A stretch of DNA of 32,000 bases from Telmatocola sphagniphila (GTDB lineage Bacteria > Planctomycetota > Planctomycetia > Gemmatales > Gemmataceae), in contig NZ_CP074694.1 of NCBI RefSeq assembly GCF_018398935.1, positions 3,990,001 to 4,022,000 on the forward strand, given 5' to 3'. The notes under the pieces are model-generated. The model searched no databases. It was not told the origin of the DNA and worked only from the letters and a program-made list of their open reading frames with translations. This document shows positions 8,698 to 16,257 of this stretch, piece by piece; the first letter of the stretch is position 1; every line of letters starts with the position of its first letter. The position numbers were made by a program, and so were the translations under genes.

Positions 8698-8983
8698 ACG
8701 CCGCATTCGCAACGATTTGCCCATGCCCGTCACCATCGCCACGCTGGGAACCGATGGGCCACCTTCGAAAATGAGCGAAGGTTACTTCCGCTTCCTCTGC
8801 CCCAACTGCGGCGAAATGCGGGCTACCGTCAACCCACGCAACAACCTCGCCCACTGCTTCGACTGCCAAAAAAACTTCAACAACATCGACCTCTTGCTCT
8901 CCCTCGATTACGACTTCCTCACCGCCGTCGATTTACTCGAACGCTGGCTCAACGAATATCAAACCCGACAAGCCAAAAAGTAA
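8669..8983 (+). CDS. Small (104 aa) CHC2/primase-like zinc-ribbon protein
   Basis: MRPEFGSGQLRRIRNDLPMPVTIATLG...GYFRFLCPNCGEMRATVNPRNNLAHCFDCQKNFNNIDLLLSLDYDFLTAVDLLERW. The CxxC...CxxC pattern with (F/A)xVNP...CFxC...IDL resembles the DnaG-type zf-CHC2 fold. The first 9 codons lie inside the IS-remnant end module. Confidence 0.5.
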   Translation: MRPEFGSGQLRRIRNDLPMPVTIATLGTDGPPSKMSEGYFRFLCPNCGEMRATVNPRNNLAHCFDCQKNFNNIDLLLSLDYDFLTAVDLLERWLNEYQTRQAKK

Positions 8984-9026
8984 TCAGTCGCAGGAAGCCC
9001 GTTACTCTACGAACCTCTGCTGCTCG

Positions 9027-9197
9027 CGGCGAACGGCAGCACCTCGCGCCGGACTACGCCGGCCCATCGCAACACCCCGGTCTCGGTCATCAGACCGCTC
9101 CAATATTCCCCGGTATTCGGCAAAACACCCTTCAAAATGCCAAAATCCCTACAGCTTTAATTCGGCTACAAATGCGACCAGAATTCGGTTCGGGACA
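9027..9197. repeat. Solo third copy of the 171-bp end module of the rve IS remnant
   Basis: Matches 8524-8694 and about 13158-13329 (CGGCGAACGGCAGC...AATGCGACCAGAATTCGGTTCGGGACA). It forms a 503-bp direct repeat with 8524-8694, bracketing the zinc-ribbon ORF. Confidence 0.8.
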
Positions 9198-9792
9198 TCT
9201 ATTGAAAGCTTATCGGACTACTTTCTCGAATACGGATGATGTCTGCCTCGTAGTGAAGGATGTCGGCGCTGAATCTTTCTACAGGAATGAATCGTTCGCA
9301 CCATTGATTGAAGAGCTGAAATTTGACACGAGAGCTCCAGAGATTCTTTACTTGAATGAGGAGCTATCGCAATCGGAACTTGCACGACTTTACTCCGCCT
9401 GCGATATACTCGTGCATCCCTATCGAGCGGAAGGTTTTGCTTTGCCCGTACTGGAAGCCATGGCATGCGGCAGACCTGTAATCGTCACCGCAGGTGGTCC
9501 AACGGATGATTTCGTGCCCAACTCCGCAGGTTGGAAGATACCTGCGAAAATTAAGTACTTTGGAAGTGATCGAGTGCATAGCGATGCAACCATCTCCCGT
9601 CCCTGGTGGCTGGAACCTGACGTTGATGAATTAAGCAAACTTTTGAGACAAAGTTTTTCTGAAGTTACATCCCACATTCCACAAGGAAACGCATCAGGTC
9701 GTATCGCTCATTCATTAACTTGGGATAGATCTGCGGTGATAATTGAAGATCGAGTTCGACAGCTTCGAACACGGTTCCCGATCCGATTTTAA
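9172..9792 (+). pseudogene. C-terminal half of a GT1/GT4-family glycosyltransferase, 5'-truncated at 9198 and fused in frame to an ATG from the IS end module
   Basis: From 9198 the translation reads LLKAYRTTFSNTDDVCLVVKDVG...LYLNEELSQSELARLYSACDILVHPYRAEGFALPVLEAMACGRPVIVTAGGPTDDFV (Glycos_transf_1 E-x7-E region). The N-terminal Rossmann half is missing. Codons 1-9 (MRPEFGSGH) come from the repeat. Confidence 0.75.
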
Positions 9793-10052
9793 AGCATTTC
9801 TTGAGAATAAAAACCGACTGCTATCGCCGAGCGGCAGAAAGTCAAAATCGTCCCAAGTTCCCATGGCGATTCAACGCGCCGAATCGCATGAATCCAATCA
9901 TAGTGTCAGTCGACTGTGAATTCGAACCACTATTTTGGGACGATACCAATCAGCCTTGATCTGATTTGACCCATGAAAATTCCACTCCAATGTTCGGACA
10001 TGTTTTTGACCAGGAAAATACACAATAAAAATATTTTCCATTATTCAAACGA

Positions 10053-10577
10053 TTATATATATTTTGAAATACTGTTAAAAAAGCCCCATGAAGTAATTTG
10101 ATATTGTCCGTAATTCACGTATTCACCTGTTTCTGTATATGGATTCTCTTCCAAGCAAATTCCATGCTCAACATCTTCAGTTGTCATTGCAAAGTCTTCA
10201 TTCACTAACTGCCAAACAGGCAATAAGTTGCGCAAAATTAATCCTGCGGGAACACGTATTCCCCCGACAAATTGATCAATGCTACTAAAGAGAATAACTT
10301 CAGTAGACATCAAAGTTTTGCTTAATCCGAACAATCCTGATAAAATTTTTGCGATTTCTGATTTACTCCAGTGATTCGACGATTGGGCATTTTCATTCTT
10401 GACTTTTTTGAAGAATGCTATTTTCAATTCTTCCGTGTGCTCAAGCGTGAGGAACAATTTTTCTGAAAACTCAAAGCCACATGCTTTATTCAATGATTTC
10501 AGCCAGTCTGCCTTTAGCAATCTTCCCCGTTGTCTTCTAATGCGAAGCTCAATATTTTTCAATCTTTCAGTAGACAT
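10053..10577 (-). CDS. Hypothetical protein (AT-rich, accessory)
   Basis: 174-aa ORF with an ATG start and coding-like composition. I recognise no motif. Its upstream region is replaced by element copy D, 40 bp from the start codon. Confidence 0.45.
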   Translation of the reverse strand: MSTERLKNIELRIRRQRGRLLKADWLKSLNKACGFEFSEKLFLTLEHTEELKIAFFKKVKNENAQSSNHWSKSEIAKILSGLFGLSKTLMSTEVILFSSIDQFVGGIRVPAGLILRNLLPVWQLVNEDFAMTTEDVEHGICLEENPYTETGEYVNYGQYQITSWGFFNSISKYI

Positions 10578-10617
10578 ATATTATGTTCTCCCACACATAT
10601 GCAATGATTAGTCATCC

Positions 10618-11092
10618 CCGGCGGAGTGGCACTGGTAACCTAACTAAATCAACTCAAGTCGTTATTGAGTAACAGTTTGGGTGGCACTGGTTACTTGCTG
10701 TTTTTTTTATTGATCTTTGCGAATTGTAGGACTCAATCCTCGTCCAATTTCCGTGTGGCACTGGCTAACTGCCAGTGCGTGGGAGAAAAAAGTGCCAAAG
10801 AATTGTCACCCTCTCAGGCACAAATTCGAGCAGAAAGAACGCTTTATTGCAGAAACGCACTCGCAGATGGCCAGTGCCACTCAAACCGTTACTGGATAAC
10901 GACATGCGCTGATTAAGAATGCTTGCCAGTGCCACCCGCCGGGGCATGAATTCCTTCTGGGTTGAAATAGGGTGTTTTGTTGTTGTAGGATGGGTGAGTT
11001 CTAAATGGCACTGTCGGATAGACAGTGCCACTCAAGTCTAGATTTTACATCGACTTGCGTTTATTGAGATGGGGTGCCAGTGTCACCCGTCG
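10618..11092. mobile_element. Copy D: intact, intron-less 475-bp non-coding hairpin-rich element (MITE/REP-cluster-like)
   Basis: Left end CCGGCGGAGTGGCACTGG. Right end CCAGTGTCACCCGTCG (imperfect inverted repeat, about 15 of 18 positions with one indel). An internal perfect inverse copy of the left end lies at 10926-10942 (CCAGTGCCACCCGCCGG). Five exact GTGGCACTGG/CCAGTGCCAC 10-mers and two strong hairpins are present. The empty intron homing site is at 10754/10755. There is no credible ORF. Confidence 0.8.
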
Positions 11093-11587
11093 CCGCCAGA
11101 ATTGCTCGCGTTGGAGGTTGCGTTCGTGTCGAGGCATGGAAAGTCTCCGTTAAAGAAACTCTCCAGACTAGCAAAGTACGCAAGGACGCATTTCACAGCA
11201 CGGTTACGGAAACCGTGGCCAGCCGCAATGCCATCGAGCAGGTCTTCAAGGACGTCAAGGAAGTTTGGAGAGCCGGTCAGCAGCAATTGCGAAACCTGCA
11301 CGCCAACATCGGCGCGTTTCACATGAACCTGTGGATGATGACTTTGACCGAACTGTGGGCTTGGAATCAACCGCAAAGGAAGTTAGTGGATCGTGCCGAT
11401 CGTCCCTGGGATAATCAGCCGCGACGGCCTTCTCATAACGATCGACGCAAGTCGTTGCTAAAGCTGATTTTGCAAGAAGAATTTCGAGCACTTCCGCAAA
11501 ACGGGCCCGGAACACGAAAATACAAAAAAGCCGTCAAACGCTTGTTCCTAATGGCCTGCTCCGCTTAGATTATCTGGGAAAGTGCAG
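11093..11587 (+). pseudogene. 3' fragment of an IS701-like DDE transposase element
   Basis: 11209-11587 is homologous to 14765-15139 of the full element. This includes ETVASRNAIEQVFKDVKEVWRAGQQQLRNLHANIGAFHMNLWMMTLTELWAW and the terminal TTAGATTATCTGGGAAAGTGCAG. The 5' side is cut by element copy D at 11092. Confidence 0.8.
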
Positions 11588-11753
11588 CCAGAGAATTAAT
11601 CGAGCGTAAATTTATACCAAACTGCCAACACGTTATATTTAAACTATTCTACAGCCAATAAAAACAAAAGGCCAATTCAAGAAATAGCTATTTGGCGTTT
11701 TTTTGATCTAAATCAATGCCTAATGTTTAGTTGCCTCCTAGCGAGTTGTTGAA

Positions 11754-12290
11754 TTATTTTTTTATTAATTCAATTGGGCGATATAGTTCAAAACAGGATG
11801 ATCGAGAATCAACAATGTCGGTTACAGTAGTATACAAATTATCTTTTTTGTCTGATTTTTTTAAATATAGTAGATACAGAGGAGCTTCAGTTCTTAAATA
11901 AATTGACTTAGAATCTGAAATGTATATCGGATCATACTTGAAAGTCAGGATGTTGGGCAGGTTTCCCTGTATGACTACTTCGTTTTCTTGATGTATCTCA
12001 TAGTGATGTAGTTTTATCTCTTTAAGATTAGGCCCTTTAAATACCTGCTTCACTTCAAGATCGGTTATATATAATTTTAATATAGTGTCAAACCCATATT
12101 TTTTCTTTAAATTCACCAACTCTCCTCCATCCGACTTTTTCAGTGGCTTGCAAATAGCAACCAAATCAGCATCCTGAAATACTTCATTTATCAAATTCTT
12201 TTTTGTGATATCTGCCTCAAAATGAGAATTCGAATTATGCAAATATAAGCCAATTAAAAGCAGAATAAATACTACAAAGATTTTGCACAT
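11754..12290 (-). CDS. Hypothetical exported or membrane-anchored protein; candidate immunity protein
   Basis: 178-aa AT-rich ORF with a hydrophobic N-terminus (MCKIFVVFILLLIGLYL). It lies 14 bp downstream of a toxin-tail fragment on the same strand. Confidence 0.5.
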   Translation of the reverse strand: MCKIFVVFILLLIGLYLHNSNSHFEADITKKNLINEVFQDADLVAICKPLKKSDGGELVNLKKKYGFDTILKLYITDLEVKQVFKGPNLKEIKLHHYEIHQENEVVIQGNLPNILTFKYDPIYISDSKSIYLRTEAPLYLLYLKKSDKKDNLYTTVTDIVDSRSSCFELYRPIELIKK

Positions 12291-12304
12291 ATGGAACCCT
12301 CTCT

Positions 12305-12652
12305 TTACTTAAATGGAAAAAAATAAGGCTTACTGAGTCCTGGGGTAAAATTCAGATATTCAAATCCCTTTTCCCCCAACTCTAATTTCGAATCAGTCAG
12401 CACCTTGGATATCGAATTTTTAAAACCCCCAATGGCATTGTTGATTTTGTCTATCGCGTCTTTGCATATAGGGTTATAATAAATTTGTTTTTGTTTTATA
12501 AAATTTAATACCATTCGCCACGTAATTATAATCTTCGAGGCTGGCATCTGAGTTGTCTCTAATTTCCCCTTTGTCATCGTAAAGCGGCATATATGCAGCA
12601 TCATTATTCTTCTCTATTATCAATGTTTTTGAAATATTTGAGAAACCAGCCA
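12305..12652 (-). pseudogene. Frameshifted, 5'-truncated C-terminal toxin-domain fragment
   Basis: Two overlapping minus-strand frames (12474-12665 and 12305-12604) together read ...GTVAGFSNISKTLIIEKNNDAAYMPLYDDKGEIRDNSDASLEDYNYVANGIKFYKTKTN / YYNPICKDAIDKINNAIGGFKNSISKVL...FFPFK. The upstream part is cut by the IS end at 12653. The function is unknown. The toxin assignment is by context only. Confidence 0.4.
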
Positions 12653-13332
12653 CTGTACCCCTCACGTAATATTTGCCGTTTTTTGCGATTTAATTACTAG
12701 AGGAATTGGCCCTCTCTTGAACAAAAGATCGCCGTGATCGACGAGAGCACGGCGTAAAGCATTTCGATCGATACGGCGAGCTTCCTGCTCGAGCAACACT
12801 CCCGAAGGAGATTTTCCTTCCTCCTCCATAGCTCGGTTCCGATCGATTTCAACAAGCTCTCGGAACTGATCGCGAGATTCTGTCGCGACTCTCTCCCGAC
12901 TTTTCCAAAGCGTCTCGGGAGTAGGACCCAGACCTCCTCTCGGTCGAGCCAAGGCATTGGCTTCCCGTCGAGCCGCCTCCACATCCTCAGCGTTCCACAC
13001 TTCCGGATGGCCTTCCCAGGCAGCTCTACGTTCGATTCGACTTTTCAAAGATCCTATGCCCGCTTCGATCGCACCGTTATATTGTGGCCTCCTCGGCGGA
13101 GAGTACAAGCCGAACACGCCTTCTCGCTGCAAAATTCTTGGACCACTTCGGCAATAAACGGTGACCGGCAGCGCCTCGTGCCGGACTACGCCGGCCCATC
13201 GCAGCACCCCGGTCTCAGTCATCAGACCGCTCCAAAATTCCCCGGAATTCGGCAAAACACCTTTCAAAATACCAAAATCCCTACAGCTTTAATTCGGCTA
13301 CAAATGCGACCAGAATTCGGTTCGGGACAACT
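12653..13332 (-). mobile_element. 680-bp internally deleted remnant of the rve IS, copy 2
   Basis: Same termini and length as 8018-8697. It carries the same transposase C-terminal fragment (ORF 12662-13267) with a 1-nt difference that fuses frames. The end module at about 13158-13329 has an outward ATG at 13304. Confidence 0.7.
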
Positions 13333-13662
13333 CCCTCACTCAAACCAGATAACCATCGAATTCCTAAGTTAACATAGCCTCTGGAGAAGGATTGAAGCCT
13401 TTTCAGAGGCTCGATCTTTCGCGCGCGGGCAGATAGCCACCCAGCCGGAGGGCGAAGACTACCCGTCCTATCTCTGAAGTCTTAGGTTGCTCCATGGCCG
13501 CTATTGAGATCTGTAGATTTGTACTCACGGGCTTCTGCTAGCATTTTCACTGGAAAAATCATAACCTGTTTTCACATAAACAAAGACGTATAAGGGTTCA
13601 ATCTGAGCTAGTTCCGCAGGTGTCTCATAAATTTGGATCTTAGCTCCGTTCCCTTGGGTATC

Positions 13663-15139
13663 CTGCACTTTCCCAGAAAGTCTTAACAATTTAGGGGTAT
13701 TGGGAATTTGAATTGCTCTTGAAAAAGCCGGTGCTTCCGTCAGCATGGTGGTGCTTAAAAAACATCAAGCCAGGAAGGCACCGGCCATGGAAGTATCTCG
13801 TTTTCCCTCCTTTCTGTCCAGCGCTTTTTCCGCCCTGGTCTTCTTTTTGGATGCTCGAATCCAGTCGCTAACCGTGCGTATCTTCCGCGGCATGTTCCTC
13901 GCTCAGGACCAGCGACGCACCGCCTCCCGATGGTTCCGAGCCGCCGCTATCCGTCGAAAGTACAAGTCGGCCTACCGGCACCTTGCAGCGGTCGGTCGAG
14001 AATCCCTTTCGATGAGTACCGCCGTGGGACGACTGGTTCTCAAACACCCGGCGGCCCAATCCGAGAAGATCGTGATTGCTCTGGATGACACCCTCACCAA
14101 ACGTTACGGTCCGAAGGTCGAAGGGGCCGGAATTCACCACAATCCGACTCCGGGTCCGATCGGACAGTTGCTCGAATACGGGCAGAACTTCGTCGTGGCG
14201 GCTTTATTGGCCTGGCATCCTCTCCACGGCATTATCGGCTTGCCTTGGCGAGCCCAGTTATACGTCCGCCAGAAAGAGGTCGCGACGCTTCCCCGCAAGT
14301 ACCAGTGGAAGTTTCGGACCAAGCTGCAACTGGCGGTGGAGATCCTGCAATGGCTCTCGAAGTCTTTGTTTTCTCCGGGGAAAGCAGTCTGGATCGTGGC
14401 GGATGGCGGCTATGCGAAGAAACCGATTCTGCGGGCGTGTCGGCAGTTGAACTTCACATTGATCAGTCGGCTCCGCAAGGATGCCGCCCTATACGAGTTG
14501 CCCTCTCCCTCCCAAGGTCGGGGGCGTCCCCGCAAGTACGGAGAGAAGCGAATCGACTTGGCCAAGCGAGCGGCTCATGCCCGGGGATGGTCGTCGGCCT
14601 CCCTGCAGTTGTACGGTCGCCCAGAAGTCAAAACGTACAAGAGTTTTCTGGCGACCTGGAAGTCGGCGGAGGGAGTCATCCGCGTGGTTCTGGTTAAAGA
14701 GAAAAAAGGGTGGATCGCTTTCTTCTCGACGAATCCGGAGGCGACGGTGGCCCAGATCCTGGAAACCGTGGCCAGCCGCAATGCCATTGAGCAGGTCTTC
14801 AAGGACGTCAAGGAAGTTTGGAGAGCCGGTCAGCAGCAATTGCGAAACCTGCACGCCAACATCGGCGCGTTTCACATGAACCTGTGGATGATGACGCTCA
14901 CCGAATTGTGGGCCTGGGATCAGCCGCAAAAGAAGTTGGTGGATCGTTCGGATCGACCTTGGGACAATCGGCCGAACGGCCTTCTCATAACGATCGACGC
15001 AAGTCCTTGCTGAAATTGATTTTGCACGAGGAATATCGAACGCTTCCGCTCAACGGACCCGGAAACCGAAAATACCGAAAGGCCATGAAACGCTTGTTCC
15101 AAATTGCCCGTGCCACTTAGATTATCCGGGAAAGTGCAG
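13663..15139 (+). mobile_element. IS701-like (IS4-superfamily DDE) insertion sequence, 1477 bp
   Basis: Terminal inverted repeats are CTGCACTTTCCCAGAAAGTCTTAAC (13663-13687) and the reverse complement of 15115-15139, CTGCACTTTCCCGGATAATCTAAGT. The first 12 nt match perfectly. A single transposase ORF lies inside. I could not see a target-site duplication. Confidence 0.8.
13745..15013 (+). CDS. DDE transposase (IS701-like), C-terminus probably frameshifted
   Basis: 422-aa ORF with VIALDDTLTKRYGPKVEGAG, VWIVADGGYAK and GRGRPRKYG motifs typical of IS701/IS4-like DDE transposases. Relative to the fragment at 11093-11587, it has a 1-nt deletion near 14975. This switches frame: the expected tail ...RPSHNDRRKSLLKLILHEEYRTLP...QIARAT continues in ORF 14818-15120. 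Confidence 0.75.
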   Translation: MVVLKKHQARKAPAMEVSRFPSFLSSAFSALVFFLDARIQSLTVRIFRGMFLAQDQRRTASRWFRAAAIRRKYKSAYRHLAAVGRESLSMSTAVGRLVLKHPAAQSEKIVIALDDTLTKRYGPKVEGAGIHHNPTPGPIGQLLEYGQNFVVAALLAWHPLHGIIGLPWRAQLYVRQKEVATLPRKYQWKFRTKLQLAVEILQWLSKSLFSPGKAVWIVADGGYAKKPILRACRQLNFTLISRLRKDAALYELPSPSQGRGRPRKYGEKRIDLAKRAAHARGWSSASLQLYGRPEVKTYKSFLATWKSAEGVIRVVLVKEKKGWIAFFSTNPEATVAQILETVASRNAIEQVFKDVKEVWRAGQQQLRNLHANIGAFHMNLWMMTLTELWAWDQPQKKLVDRSDRPWDNRPNGLLITIDASPC

Positions 15140-15204
15140 ATAACAGTCAAAAATAGCCTAAATTTCAAGCAAAAACGCGTCATAATATGTAGTAGGAAGA
15201 TTAG

Positions 15205-15531
15205 CTATCTCCCATCAATGCGCCCATATAGATTTTCCTTCAATCTCACACCATCGCGCTGCGGCGAGACCTCAACCGTCAGATGCCTGTTGTTTAGTAG
15301 ACTCTTCCTTTCGAAGCGTTCGGTAAAGAACGGTAAGTGCAATTCCGCCGCGATCAGACTAAACGCCAGATATCCCATTTCGTCGATGATCAGCAAATCG
15401 ACTCTATTCAAGGGCTGCAGGAACCGGTCGAATTGATGATACTTTTTGGCTTGTTCCAGATTTTTGGCTACGTCGGTGGCTGTAAAGAAGTGGACGCGTC
15501 GTCCGTATCGGCAATCCCGCAGCGACGGCAA
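15205..15531 (-). pseudogene. IstB-like (IS21 helper ATPase) remnant
   Basis: RRVHFFTATDVAKNLEQAK...LNRVDLLIIDEMGYLAFSLIAAELHLPFFTERFERKSLL matches the Walker B/sensor region of IstB (dLLiiDElGy...a.llf.li..RyE..S). The Walker A region is missing and the C-terminus is frameshifted. Confidence 0.7.
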
Positions 15532-15882
15532 CGCTCTATGCGTTTACGGCGGTTTCAGCTTATCCTGAACCTGAGGGACCTTCCTCGGGAATGATGAAAT
15601 GTACGGGCCAATTTCCGGATGCCCAACGTATCTATTCGATTGGCTTGACGTATTCTCACGTATTCGGCCACCTTGCAAATCTTAGCCTCCTGCGGACTGG
15701 AATCTCTTCAAGGGAAACAAACTTATAGGGAGTCGTAGAGGGCTGGCCACATTTTGGACAAGGATCATCACTCGATTATCTGACTTGGTTCGAGATCGGA
15801 AAACAGGATCCTCAGTTTCCTAATTTGCTTTTCTGGACGCACTAAATTTTTATCGAGAAGCGTATCGATTCAGGGAGGACTT

Positions 15883-16257
15883 TTGAGAAAGCTCCTCCAG
15901 GAAAGTTTAGAACGTCTTATTCCGCAGGATGTTGGGATAAGAGTTACATGCCGAAACGGAATCGTGGTCATGGAAGTACCCTTGGGTGCAAGAAAATATG
16001 TTTCGCCCGCTGAATTTGCTCGGATAACGGGTCTATCGTTAGCCACGATCCATCGGCGAATCAAGGAAGGTTCCATCCAAGTCTCACAGCCTGGCGGCAA
16101 ACGTTGTCGGATTTTGATTTCGTTAGAGCATTTTTTCACTGAGGCCCAAGAACAAGCTCCATCGGCAAACATGTCCACAACTACCCCTGTTGTGTCAAGT
16201 CATAGCTTTCAGCAAGTTCCTCCACGGCGAAAAACGCAACCCCAATGGAGGAAGTAA
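15883..16257 (+). CDS. Excisionase-type helix-turn-helix DNA-binding protein (probable start ATG 15970)
   Basis: KYVSPAEFARITGLSLATIHRRIKEGSIQVSQPGGKRCRILIS is a typical MerR/excisionase-family HTH (HTH_17-like). It lies immediately upstream of the integrase and overlaps it by 13 nt. Confidence 0.7.
   Translation: MRKLLQESLERLIPQDVGIRVTCRNGIVVMEVPLGARKYVSPAEFARITGLSLATIHRRIKEGSIQVSQPGGKRCRILISLEHFFTEAQEQAPSANMSTTTPVVSSHSFQQVPPRRKTQPQWRK

Noticed and set aside
8206-9792. 528-aa plus-strand ORF, and the 220-aa ORF at 8321-8983
   Set aside because: These are read-through artefacts. Their N-terminal parts are antisense to the transposase fragment and cross repeat modules. Only the last 104 aa (zinc ribbon) and the last 198 aa (glycosyltransferase) look like real protein.
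1304-11088. Could the recurring GTGGCACTGG/CCAGTGCCAC repeats be a CRISPR array?
   Set aside because: The repeats are only 10 nt long, occur in both orientations, and are irregularly spaced. The sequences between them are themselves conserved between copies, so they are not unique spacers. There are no cas genes.
13525-13746. 73-aa minus-strand ORF
   Set aside because: It crosses the left inverted repeat of the IS701-like element at 13663, so it is chimeric. The part outside the IS (13525-13662) is too short to interpret.
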